DNA from: a virus
Taxonomy: Duplodnaviria; Caudoviricetes
IMG/VR virus record: IMGVR_UViG_3300017766_003100
Coordinates: 96,001 to 160,000 of that record
Strand: one strand, 5' to 3'
Length of the DNA stretch: 64,000 nt
In this document: one piece after another, positions 28,531 through 38,653 of the stretch
Numbering within the stretch: the first letter of the stretch is position 1
Layout: each line of letters opens with the position of its first letter
Made by a program: the position numbers and the translations under genes
Notes under the pieces: model-generated
What the model saw: the letters and a program-made list of their open reading frames with translations, nothing else
Database searches by the model: none
Told to the model about the DNA's origin: nothing

Positions 28531-30945
28531 ATGTCATTAAGAATTCAAAAAAGAAATGGGGAAGTGGTATCATTTAACCCCACAAAAATACAAACAAGAA
28601 TTAAACGTTCAAGTAAAAACCTAAATGTTAATTCTGACCAAATATTCATTAAAGTTATCACCTCAGTACCAACTGAGGGGGTAATTTCAACTAAACAACT
28701 TGATAAGTTGATTTATGAAATTGCGGCATCATATACTGGAAGTCATCACGATTATTCGAGATTGGCTTCCTCTGTTGCTATATCATCATATCATAAAGAA
28801 ACTAGTGAAAGTTTCTCTAACACAATGCACTACTTACATATTGAAGGTGTAATTAATGATAAGTTAATGGAAACTATTGAAAGTTATGGTGCTTCTAATA
28901 TTGATAGTGTAATCAATCACGAGAATGATTATAACTTTGATTATTTTGCTTGGAGGTCATTATATGAAATGTATCTTCTTAAAACACCACATGGAGTTAC
29001 AATTGAAAGACCTCAACATATGTATATGAGGGTTGCTCTATGGGTTACAAAATCATTTGAAGAAGCTGTTGAATACTACAAGTCATTATCAAACCAACTT
29101 ATTTCTCCAGCAACACCAATTATGATTAATTCTGGTACAAAGATTCCACAATTGGCGTCTTGTGTGTTACATTATAATGATGAAGATTCAAGAGAAGGAT
29201 TATTGAATACAATGACTGATATTTCCACTTATTCGGCTGATGCTGCGGGTATTGGACTTTGTATGTCAAATATTAGAAGTAAGGAAAGTAGATTATCTAC
29301 ATCAGGTGGTTTCGCTGGTGGATTATTAAAATATTTAAAGATTGTTAACGAGTCATTAAGATTCTTTAATCAACAAGGGAGAAGACCTGGTTCTGCGGCA
29401 ATTTACCTTGAACCTTGGCACAAAGATATCATCGATTTATTGGAGATTAAAAAGAATACAGGGGCTGAAGAACTAAGAGCAAGAGATTTGTTCACGGCAT
29501 TGTGGATACCTGATAACTTTATGAGAGCCGTAAGAGAAAATGGTGATTGGTATCTATTCTGTCCTAATGATATCAAAAAGGCTGGATTACCCGCACTACA
29601 AGAAGTTTATGGTGATGAGTATGAGGATGTTTATAATGAGGCTGTACGTATGGGATTGGGTAAGAAAATTAAGGCTCAAGACGTGTGGACAAAAGTTATT
29701 GAATCTCAGATTGAAACTGGTGTTCCATATTTATGTTCTAAAGATAGTGCTAATAAAAAGACAAATCATCAAAACATTGGTGTGATTAAACAATCAAATC
29801 TTTGCAATGAGATTTATCAATATACTGATGAAAAAACTACAGCAATCTGTACCCTATCTTCAATGGTGTTAAAGAACTTTGTACATGATGCACAATTTGA
29901 TTTTGAGGAACTTTATAACGAAACTTGTAAAGTAGTGAGAGCTTTGAATAAAGTTGTTGATATCAATAATTATTCAACTAATAAGGGTGAAAAAGGTGGC
30001 AGAGAACAAAGAGCAATTGCTATTGGAACACAAGGTTTGGCTGATGTATTCTATTTAATGGATTATGAGTTTACCTCCGAAGAAGCTAAAAAATTGAATA
30101 AAGAAATATTTGAAACAATTTATTATGCTGCAATTAGTGAAAGTAATAAATTAGCTCACGATGGCGAATATCCAAAATATGATTTCTTTGAAGGGTCACC
30201 AATGTCAAAAGGTATATTCCAATTTGATATGTGGGGATTAACTGAATCTGATTTATCTGGAAGATGGAATTGGAATGATTTGAAAGAAAATGTAATGAAA
30301 TATGGTGTATGTAATTCATTATTTACAGCACAGATGCCAGTTGCGAGTTCTGCTAAGATAACAGGTTCTTATGAAATGACTGAACCAGCACATTCAGCAA
30401 TCTTTAATAGAAGAGTAGTTGGTGGTGAGATTATGATTGTAAACAAATATCTAATCGCTGACTTTGAGAAACTTGGTATTTGGGGTGAAGATTTGAAAAA
30501 TGAAATCATTCTAAATGAAGGGTCAATTCAAAATATAAATTTCAACAATTACTTAGACACAGAAGATAAAAAATATAACTTCAAAGTTAAAAGGATTGAA
30601 CATTTGATGAAGAAGTATAAAACAATATGGGAAATATCACAGAGAGAATTAATTGATATGGCAGCCGATAGAGGACCTTTTATCGACCAATCACAATCAA
30701 TGAATATCTATATGGGTAACCCAACTTTGTCAAAGATTACTTCATCACATTTCCACGCTTGGCAGAAAGGATTGAAAACATTATGTTATTATGTGAGAAC
30801 TAAGGCAATATCAACTGGTGCAAAACATTTGGCTGTAGATATATCAAAGATAGAAAAACCAAAAGTTACACCAACATTACCACACGTTGAAGTAATTAGT
30901 AAACCAACTGATTCACCATTTGAATGTTTTGGATGTTCATCTTAA
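28531..30945 (+). CDS. nrdA: Ribonucleotide reductase class Ia alpha subunit with ATP cone
   Basis: N-terminal IQKRNGEVVSF ATP cone, QLASC, SNLCNEI, TLCYYVR, C-terminal CFGC. Confidence 0.96.
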   Translation: MSLRIQKRNGEVVSFNPTKIQTRIKRSSKNLNVNSDQIFIKVITSVPTEGVISTKQLDKLIYEIAASYTGSHHDYSRLASSVAISSYHKETSESFSNTMHYLHIEGVINDKLMETIESYGASNIDSVINHENDYNFDYFAWRSLYEMYLLKTPHGVTIERPQHMYMRVALWVTKSFEEAVEYYKSLSNQLISPATPIMINSGTKIPQLASCVLHYNDEDSREGLLNTMTDISTYSADAAGIGLCMSNIRSKESRLSTSGGFAGGLLKYLKIVNESLRFFNQQGRRPGSAAIYLEPWHKDIIDLLEIKKNTGAEELRARDLFTALWIPDNFMRAVRENGDWYLFCPNDIKKAGLPALQEVYGDEYEDVYNEAVRMGLGKKIKAQDVWTKVIESQIETGVPYLCSKDSANKKTNHQNIGVIKQSNLCNEIYQYTDEKTTAICTLSSMVLKNFVHDAQFDFEELYNETCKVVRALNKVVDINNYSTNKGEKGGREQRAIAIGTQGLADVFYLMDYEFTSEEAKKLNKEIFETIYYAAISESNKLAHDGEYPKYDFFEGSPMSKGIFQFDMWGLTESDLSGRWNWNDLKENVMKYGVCNSLFTAQMPVASSAKITGSYEMTEPAHSAIFNRRVVGGEIMIVNKYLIADFEKLGIWGEDLKNEIILNEGSIQNINFNNYLDTEDKKYNFKVKRIEHLMKKYKTIWEISQRELIDMAADRGPFIDQSQSMNIYMGNPTLSKITSSHFHAWQKGLKTLCYYVRTKAISTGAKHLAVDISKIEKPKVTPTLPHVEVISKPTDSPFECFGCSS

Positions 30946-30951
30946 AATAAT

Positions 30952-30979
30952 AAATCACGACACAATGTCGTGATTTTTT
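30952..30979 (+). terminator. Rho-independent terminator after nrdA
   Basis: AAATCACGACA-caa-TGTCGTGATTT plus TTT. Confidence 0.85.
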
Positions 30980-30988
30980 GTTTTATGG

Positions 30989-31021
30989 TATTTATTGAAA
31001 AATATTCGGTTATATATTTAT
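30989..31021 (+). promoter_or_regulatory. Two TATTTAT motifs (30989-30995, 31015-31021) before baseplate operon
   Basis: Second copy is 4 nt upstream of ATG 31026; TTATTGAAAA lies 23 nt before it. Confidence 0.6.
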
Positions 31022-31025
31022 TATT

Positions 31026-31484
31026 ATGGCAGATGGTAAAACATATGGGATAAACTTCCCATTTAGAGATTCATATCAAGGTAATTATTTGTCTTTATCA
31101 CAAACATCTGATGAAGAAATAAGAACTAATTTGGTTCACTTACTTTTAACAAGAAAAGGGACTAGATATTATTTACCTGATTTTGGTACAAGACTTTATG
31201 AATATATTTTTGAACCATTGGATGGTCCTACATTTTCAGATATTGAGTCTGAAATTAGAGATTCTGTGGCTGAATATATACCAGGTATTACAATCACAAA
31301 TATATCAATAAAACCTGCTTCTGAAGGTGAAGAAAATAAAGGTACTTTTGTTAATGATGCTAATGAAAGAGAGTATCGTGTAACTAATATTGGTCAGTTA
31401 GAACATACAGCAAAAATTAAAATCGATTATATAGTCACGGATTCAGCATTTAATTCAAGTGATTTTGTAATTATTAACGTATAA
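31026..31484 (+). CDS. Baseplate wedge protein (T4 gp25 / P2 gpW-like)
   Basis: IRTNLVHLLLTRKGTRYYLPDFGTRLYEYIFEPLD, a canonical gp25 pattern. Confidence 0.92.
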   Translation: MADGKTYGINFPFRDSYQGNYLSLSQTSDEEIRTNLVHLLLTRKGTRYYLPDFGTRLYEYIFEPLDGPTFSDIESEIRDSVAEYIPGITITNISIKPASEGEENKGTFVNDANEREYRVTNIGQLEHTAKIKIDYIVTDSAFNSSDFVIINV

Positions 31485-31488
31485 CAAT

Positions 31489-33327
31489 ATGGCAAACAAA
31501 AAAATATCATATACAACCAGAGATTTTCAGTCCATTAGAACAGAACTGATTAATTTTACAAGAACATATTACCCTGAGTTAATTGATAACTTCAATGATG
31601 CTTCAGTGTTCTCAGCTTTATTGGACTTAAATGCTGCGGTTTCAGATAATCTTCAATTTAACATTGATAGAAGTATCCAAGAAACGATTTTACAATATGC
31701 TCAACAACGTTCATCAGTTTTCAATATTGCGAGAACTTATGGGTTAAAAGTACCAGGTCAAAGACCATCGGTTGCTTTAGTTGATTTTAGTATAACTGTA
31801 CCTGCATTTGGAGATAAAGAAGACTTAAGATATTGTGGTATCTTAAGAAGAGGTGCTCAAGTAAATGGTGCGGGTCAAGTATTTGAAACTGTGTATGACA
31901 TTGATTTTGCTTCAGCTGTTGGTGGGGATGGATACCCAAATAGACTTAAAATACCTAATTTTGATAGTAATAATAAACTTTTAAACTATACAATAGTTAA
32001 AAGGGAAACAGTTGTTAATGGTACAACAAAAGTATTCAAAAGGGTAATTACACCAAATGATGTAAGACCATTTTATGAATTATTTTTACCTGAAAGAAAT
32101 GTATTGGGTGTTACAAGTGTATTATTGAAAGATGGAACACAATATGCGAGTGTACCATCACCACAAGAATTTCAGGGATTAGATAATAGATGGTATGAGG
32201 TTAAGGCATTGATTGATGACAGAGTCTTTATTGAAGACCCAACCAAAGTTTCAGATAACCCAGGTATTAAAGTTGGTAGATATATTCAAACTAATACTAA
32301 ATTTATTACAGAATTTACACCTGAAGGATTTTTAAAAATGACTTTTGGGGGTGGAACACAATCAGCTGATGAACAACTTGCTGAGTTTGCAAGAAATGGA
32401 TTTAAATTAAATCTATATAAGTATTCTGATAATTTGGCATTAGGTAGTACTTTAAAAGCTAATACAACGTTATTCATCCAATACAGAGTTGGAGGTGGAA
32501 CTGGTAGTAATTTAGGGGTTAATGTTATTAATAATATTGGTACAGTTTCCTTTGCAGTAAACGGACCATCAACAAGTGTTAATACAAGTGTTGTTAATTC
32601 ATTATCTTGTACAAATGTTACGGCCGCAATTGGTGGTGCAGGAGCTCCGACAACTGAGGAAGTTAGAAATTTGGTTACATATAATTTTGCAGCACAGAAT
32701 AGAGCGGTAACAATAAACGATTATGAATCTATAATCAGAGGTATGCCATCAGAATTTGGTGCTCCAGCCAAAGTTTCTGTAACTGAAGAGAATAACAAAC
32801 TTAAGATTAAAATGTTATCTTATGATGATACTGGAAGATTGACTGAAATCATATCAAATACATTAAAAAGTAATGTTGCCAATTATTTGTCTAACTATAG
32901 AATGATTAATGATTATGTTTCAGTTGAGACTGCGAATGTAATTGATTTAGGGTTTAACATTGATGTGGTTTTAGATAATAGTCAGAATCAAGGTGCATTT
33001 GTTACACAAATAATTGATATTGTTTCTCAGTATATGGACCCAGGTAATAGACAAATGGGACAAAACGTAAATGTGTCAGAAATAAGAAGATTAATTCAAT
33101 CTCAGAATGGTGTATTATCATTATCAGATATTCAAGTGTTTAACAAGGTTGGTGGACAATATTCATCATCACAAACATCACAAAGATATTCTGACTCAAC
33201 AACTCGACAAATTGAATTAATTGATGACACAATCTTTGCTGAACCAAGTCAAACTTATCAGGTTAGATTTCCAAACAAAGATATTGTTGTGAGGGTTAAA
33301 AATCTTAAAACTGTTAATTTTTCTTGA
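31489..33327 (+). CDS. Baseplate wedge subunit (T4 gp6 / P2 gpJ-like)
   Basis: SYTTRDFQSIR...L...; YRVGGGTGSN; AIGGAGAPTTEEVR...FAAQNRAVTINDY; follows gp25. Confidence 0.9.
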   Translation: MANKKISYTTRDFQSIRTELINFTRTYYPELIDNFNDASVFSALLDLNAAVSDNLQFNIDRSIQETILQYAQQRSSVFNIARTYGLKVPGQRPSVALVDFSITVPAFGDKEDLRYCGILRRGAQVNGAGQVFETVYDIDFASAVGGDGYPNRLKIPNFDSNNKLLNYTIVKRETVVNGTTKVFKRVITPNDVRPFYELFLPERNVLGVTSVLLKDGTQYASVPSPQEFQGLDNRWYEVKALIDDRVFIEDPTKVSDNPGIKVGRYIQTNTKFITEFTPEGFLKMTFGGGTQSADEQLAEFARNGFKLNLYKYSDNLALGSTLKANTTLFIQYRVGGGTGSNLGVNVINNIGTVSFAVNGPSTSVNTSVVNSLSCTNVTAAIGGAGAPTTEEVRNLVTYNFAAQNRAVTINDYESIIRGMPSEFGAPAKVSVTEENNKLKIKMLSYDDTGRLTEIISNTLKSNVANYLSNYRMINDYVSVETANVIDLGFNIDVVLDNSQNQGAFVTQIIDIVSQYMDPGNRQMGQNVNVSEIRRLIQSQNGVLSLSDIQVFNKVGGQYSSSQTSQRYSDSTTRQIELIDDTIFAEPSQTYQVRFPNKDIVVRVKNLKTVNFS

Positions 33328-33332
33328 TAATT

Positions 33333-33387
33333 TATTTATTCCAATTCTTGGTTATCTTTTATTGAAAATAGCAAATAAACTATTTAT
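33333..33387 (+). promoter_or_regulatory. Two TATTTAT motifs (33333-33339, 33381-33387)
   Basis: Upstream of ATG 33404; TTATTGAAAA lies 22 nt before the second copy. Confidence 0.55.
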
Positions 33388-33403
33388 CTAAAAAAGATAA
33401 TTA

Positions 33404-36400
33404 ATGTCCAACTCATATAGAATAAGAACCCAAGTCGGGGTTGATAAGTCAATTAATGTACATTTAGAACAAGATTTTGAATCATTAGAAATCCTTTCAC
33501 TTAAGATATTACAGAGTGAGATTTATACTAGACAATGTGCCGATTATGGTGTTGTTATAGGTAGAATAAGTATTAATAATGGTTTTGGACTTCCAAATTG
33601 CAGGGTTTCAATATTCGTTCCATTAACAACTGAAGATGAAAACAACCCAATTGTTTCTGAAATATATCCATATAAGGCAGTTTCAGATATTAATGACGTT
33701 GGGTATAGATATAACTTATTACCTTATGTAAAATCTTATTCAAATCACGTTCCAACGGGGTCTTTTTTTGATAAGGAAGATATCTTAATTAATCAAAGTT
33801 TTATTGAAGTATTTGACAAATATTATAGATACACCGCAATCACAAATGAGAGTGGTGACTTTATGATTTTTGGTGTACCAGTTGGTGTTCAAACAATTCA
33901 CGTTGATGTTGACTTATCAGATATTGGTGAGTTTTCATTAGCACCGCAAGATTTAATCAGAACTGGTTTGGCTACTGAAGCACAAGTTTCAGGTACAAAA
34001 TTCAAGTCTTCAAGTAATCTTAATGAATTACCACAAATTGTATCTTTAAATAGAGTAATCACAGTTGAACCATTATGGGGTCAGCCTGATTTATGTAATA
34101 TTGGAATCAATAGAACTGATTTTGATTTGTCAGCTGAGGCAAATGTTGTGATTGAACCAACAGCAATTTTTATGGGTTCAATGTTTTCTGATGTAGATAA
34201 TTTAGCTCTAAAAAGTGGTTGTAAACCAAAATTAGCCCAAGGTGAATTATGTAGTTTAGTTACAGGACCTGGTGAAATATTAGCAATACGACAAACAATA
34301 TTTAACGATGATACAGGTAAACCAGTTTTGGAACAATATGAACTTGAAAGTGGGGGGCAAGTTATTGATGATAATGGTACTTGGTTGGTAGATTTACCAA
34401 TGAATTTAGATTATGTTACAACGAATGAGTTTGGTGAAAGAGTTTTTTCAAATGACCCTGAAATTGGTATTCCAACAAGAGGAAAATATAGATTTAAAAT
34501 TAAGTGGAATCAATCACCAAGTTTGGATGATAATGTAAAACGAGCTTACTTTTTAGTTCCAAATGTTAGAGAGTATGGGTGGTCAAACACAGGACCATCC
34601 CCAACAAATTTAACTTTACAGAAAAAATCTTATGCTTTTAGTTTAAGTTGGGATGATTATGCTGACCCACAATCAGCCATTGATGGTGAAGATACTTTTT
34701 ATCAATTCTCATATAATAAAGTTTATACCGTATCACAATTAATTGACCAATATAGAAAGGGAACTTTAGCTAATAGAATAATATCAATTAAAAATATATT
34801 AGATAATAGTTGTGAAACGACAAATAATAAGTTTCCGACTAATGATTCATCATTTAGATGGGATTTTATATACTTGCTTTATACTTTTGCAAGTTATATT
34901 TTTAGACCATTATTAGTTATATTAGTAAGTTTACTTCACTTTTTTTATTTTTTAGTAGGATTGTTAAGAATCGTATTAATACCAATACTTTTAGCTTACT
35001 TAACTTATTTAATAGTAAATCAATCAATACTAATAGGTTTTGCCGCGGCTAATCCATTTACTTTAAATTTACTTCCTGGATTTATAGGTGAATTAGTAAT
35101 ATATATTGTTACCTTTTCAGCATTATTGGCTTTAAATATTTTATTATTTCAAATAAAATTTAGAGGAATAAATTTACCACTATTGTTATATGACCAATGC
35201 GAATTTTGTAAATGTAGTGATGGTGATGAATCAGAAGATAGTGGTGTTAATGGTGGTAGTACAGAATTATTACAAAGTTTTCCAGCACAACAAAACGCAT
35301 CAGGTATTCAAATCACTAACTTTGAAGGTGGAGCGTATAATATTGACTTAATTGAAGATGATATAAATTATGGAATTTATAATCAATTTTTAAGTGGATA
35401 TTTTGTTCAATTAAGGAGTAATAGAGCTAGGTCATATAGTAAAGTTCCAATTAGTATTAATGGACAATATCAATATACTGAAGATGGTTTTGGTAAAGCA
35501 CAATTTTTTACTAGAAGTATTACTTTAGGTGAAAGATTTAATTTATTTAATGTAAAATCAAAATATTTTGATGGAAATTCAGTTACAAATCCAGGTGGGG
35601 GAGTTAATCAAGTATATGTATCTGTTGAACCTATTTTAAATGGGTTACCTTACACCTATAATGGTAATGTGAATCAACCATATATAAATAATAATAATCT
35701 AAAGTATCATACTGATAACGTAATAGTTATGATGATGACACCTGATAGTTTACCACTACTTTCAGGTGGAACTATTTTGAGTTTTGTAAATCCAAATTCA
35801 ACTAAAGATATTAATTATAGTGGGGCTTCATTAAATATATATGATACTAATTCAATTAGTGGTGAAAGTATTTTTGCTAATGTAAATACAACAACAGTAA
35901 ATATTGATGTTCCACATACTTTACCTGATGGAACTAATAGAATTACACAATATACAATTCCAAAACCAAATTCAGGAAATACAAACTATCACAAATTCCC
36001 AACTGATATTGAATATTTCCAAGTAATTACTGCGATGACATATAATGACTTTAATCAAAAAGTAATTTCTGGTAGTGGAGGTGTTTTAGATAATGGATTC
36101 CCAAATAGAGTGTTACAACCCAATATGAGGATAAATATAGTGTATTATGAAGACCCAAGTACAAAAAAAGCAACGTCAGAAGATATACATCCATTAGAAT
36201 CATTAGAGGATTATGAGAATCAAATTATTGTTATATTAAATAGAGGTGTTGACCCATACTCAACTAGAGTCAATATTAGATATGATTTAGGTAGAATATT
36301 TGGTAAACAAGACCCAACCGCAGTTAGTGTTCAAGGTTCGTATAAGTTAAATATACCAATACAAGGTGGATTTAAAAATGTTAGACATAGTGCTATAAAT

Positions 36401-38653
36401 ACACAAACAACACAAGACACTTATTCATCAAGTTATTTATTTTATCCTACATTTGATTATAAACCACTTGGCTTTAGTGCGTATAGTTCAAATTTAACCC
36501 ATTATTATTCTTCATTAGATAGTACTTCCAATCTACAACAAGGACTTGTTAGTGGTGGAGTTATTTGTCAAACTGGAGCACATTGGATAAATTCATATTT
36601 GTCACCTACAAATGGTACTATTACTATAAACAATGATAACCCTTTATTTTCTCAGGGTCAAAATGAATTCATATACAAATATATTGAAATTGGTGAACAA
36701 TTCTATTTAGACTCAACTGACCCAAATATACCAGGAATAAATAGTCCAGCCCCACCATTCACATTAATTGACGAAAGAAGAGGTTATTATCAAGGTGAAA
36801 TTGTTGAAGGTGGGTCAATGATGTCAATAACGGCATCAATAATTAATTTTGGTAGTCAATACTATTATTTTTTAGATACAGCATATAGTAACCCTCAAAC
36901 TTACGAACAAAGAGTATATATTGGTCCAATGTATGATTCGACATTAAGTACTCAATTCGTACTATCTAACGATAGGAGATATGTAATGCGTTCTGATAGA
37001 TTACCAACATCAGATAGATTATTAGAAACTTGTGGTATATCATATAGTTTACAACAAAATCAAAATTTTGCAATATATGTTATACCTGATGAGGGTACAT
37101 TTGATGTCCCAGCTAACACTGGCGGTTCATCTGGTGTGGTACAAGAAAATGATAATGATGATATACCTAATTTTACATCTGAGTTATTACAAACAACTAA
37201 CAATTGTAGAGATAGTAGAAACTTAGCTTGTTATGACTTCGATTCTAACGGACAAATACAAAATCAACAATATCCTGGAGGTGGAAAATATATTGTAAAT
37301 TCAGGACCTTGTCAAGAATTTAGTAATAAACAAATATTTGATAATGGTTGTTATAAATTAGTTACTAAAGTTTTAATATCATTACCTGAAGACATAAGAT
37401 TAATTATTGAATGGGTATCAAGAACTAACATTACTTTTGGGGCTTGTAGAAATGTATTTTCACATTTATTCACTCAAAATTGGGTGAATGGTACATTATA
37501 TGCTTTTGCGTTTAAAAACAATAAATTTTTTGATATTAATAATAATGTACAACCAAATTTTTGTACTGATACTATCTATTATGACCAAGATACTAATAAT
37601 TTTTATTACAGAAGTAGTCCATTTAAAACTGGAACAACAAATAATTTTGGATTTATAGGTAGAATAGCTAACGTTCAACCTAACGATAGAAATTTGTTGT
37701 TTCCGACAACAATAATGGATTTAGGTCCTCGTTCTGATTATTTACAAGAATTAGTGTTTTCTGATGATTATGATGGATATGTAATCAATCGAATTAATAG
37801 TACATCATATCAAGATGTATCAGAACTTTTGAATATATTAATAATAACTAGATTGTTAAATACAAGTTATCGTAGTATATTTAGAGGAACTGCTGGTGGT
37901 AATATTTTTAATTATTTTACTAGAGAAAAATTAACAGTTGATGCCGACTACGCTCAAATGATATCAATTAATTCTGAACTTGGTGTTGTTCCATTTGAAG
38001 CTGAAAATTATCCTAATTTTCCTCAGTTGACACCACCACAATTTGTTATTGACCCTGTTTATTTTAATACTGGAACAAATAAAGACGTTATTTTTGGTAT
38101 TTTTTATTCTTCTGATACACAATTAAGAGATTATATTACACCTAAGAGAACTATTATTAATAGTCAAGGAATATTAAATAATAATTGTGCATTTAACAAT
38201 TTTTATTGTTATTCACAAGAAGTTCCATTTTATCAATGGGAAATAAAACAAAATACAAGTCCATTCCCAAGTCAGAGTATTTTTGGTTCTCAAAAAAATG
38301 ATTGGTATACAAAACCAATAAATGGGTCATTTTTCCATAGCTATAAGTATCAATCAATGGATAGGGCAAATATAAACTCAAGATATTTTAGAACAAATAG
38401 TAGTGTTTTTGCTGGAGATTTCAAAGGATATATATACTCAATCGATAATCCTGTATCAACAACACCACCAACTTCACCATTTTTTACTCAGCCTTCATTG
38501 AACCCCTTGAGGAGTTCTTGGGCGATAAATAATCCAGAACCAACAACAATAACTGTAGGTGCTCCATTTTATTTTTATTTTGGATTAAAAAAAGGAAAGT
38601 CTGCTTGGGATAGATTCGCTAAAAAATGGATAAATTTTGAAAGAATACAATAA
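33404..38653 (+). CDS. Large virion-associated protein (1749 aa) with N-terminal beta-sandwich region and internal hydrophobic multi-helix segment
   Basis: GVVIGRISINNGFGLPNCRVSIF...ITNESGDFMIFGVPVG resembles a carboxypeptidase-regulatory/transthyretin-like fold; about 95-aa hydrophobic block at nt 34865-35150; lies in baseplate operon. Confidence 0.55.
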   Translation: MSNSYRIRTQVGVDKSINVHLEQDFESLEILSLKILQSEIYTRQCADYGVVIGRISINNGFGLPNCRVSIFVPLTTEDENNPIVSEIYPYKAVSDINDVGYRYNLLPYVKSYSNHVPTGSFFDKEDILINQSFIEVFDKYYRYTAITNESGDFMIFGVPVGVQTIHVDVDLSDIGEFSLAPQDLIRTGLATEAQVSGTKFKSSSNLNELPQIVSLNRVITVEPLWGQPDLCNIGINRTDFDLSAEANVVIEPTAIFMGSMFSDVDNLALKSGCKPKLAQGELCSLVTGPGEILAIRQTIFNDDTGKPVLEQYELESGGQVIDDNGTWLVDLPMNLDYVTTNEFGERVFSNDPEIGIPTRGKYRFKIKWNQSPSLDDNVKRAYFLVPNVREYGWSNTGPSPTNLTLQKKSYAFSLSWDDYADPQSAIDGEDTFYQFSYNKVYTVSQLIDQYRKGTLANRIISIKNILDNSCETTNNKFPTNDSSFRWDFIYLLYTFASYIFRPLLVILVSLLHFFYFLVGLLRIVLIPILLAYLTYLIVNQSILIGFAAANPFTLNLLPGFIGELVIYIVTFSALLALNILLFQIKFRGINLPLLLYDQCEFCKCSDGDESEDSGVNGGSTELLQSFPAQQNASGIQITNFEGGAYNIDLIEDDINYGIYNQFLSGYFVQLRSNRARSYSKVPISINGQYQYTEDGFGKAQFFTRSITLGERFNLFNVKSKYFDGNSVTNPGGGVNQVYVSVEPILNGLPYTYNGNVNQPYINNNNLKYHTDNVIVMMMTPDSLPLLSGGTILSFVNPNSTKDINYSGASLNIYDTNSISGESIFANVNTTTVNIDVPHTLPDGTNRITQYTIPKPNSGNTNYHKFPTDIEYFQVITAMTYNDFNQKVISGSGGVLDNGFPNRVLQPNMRINIVYYEDPSTKKATSEDIHPLESLEDYENQIIVILNRGVDPYSTRVNIRYDLGRIFGKQDPTAVSVQGSYKLNIPIQGGFKNVRHSAINTQTTQDTYSSSYLFYPTFDYKPLGFSAYSSNLTHYYSSLDSTSNLQQGLVSGGVICQTGAHWINSYLSPTNGTITINNDNPLFSQGQNEFIYKYIEIGEQFYLDSTDPNIPGINSPAPPFTLIDERRGYYQGEIVEGGSMMSITASIINFGSQYYYFLDTAYSNPQTYEQRVYIGPMYDSTLSTQFVLSNDRRYVMRSDRLPTSDRLLETCGISYSLQQNQNFAIYVIPDEGTFDVPANTGGSSGVVQENDNDDIPNFTSELLQTTNNCRDSRNLACYDFDSNGQIQNQQYPGGGKYIVNSGPCQEFSNKQIFDNGCYKLVTKVLISLPEDIRLIIEWVSRTNITFGACRNVFSHLFTQNWVNGTLYAFAFKNNKFFDINNNVQPNFCTDTIYYDQDTNNFYYRSSPFKTGTTNNFGFIGRIANVQPNDRNLLFPTTIMDLGPRSDYLQELVFSDDYDGYVINRINSTSYQDVSELLNILIITRLLNTSYRSIFRGTAGGNIFNYFTREKLTVDADYAQMISINSELGVVPFEAENYPNFPQLTPPQFVIDPVYFNTGTNKDVIFGIFYSSDTQLRDYITPKRTIINSQGILNNNCAFNNFYCYSQEVPFYQWEIKQNTSPFPSQSIFGSQKNDWYTKPINGSFFHSYKYQSMDRANINSRYFRTNSSVFAGDFKGYIYSIDNPVSTTPPTSPFFTQPSLNPLRSSWAINNPEPTTITVGAPFYFYFGLKKGKSAWDRFAKKWINFERIQ

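Noticed and set aside
21876-30945. Inteins or group I introns in recA, helicase or RNR
   Set aside because: Lengths are normal and catalytic motifs contiguous (e.g. SNLCNEI); the HNH is free-standing, not intronic.
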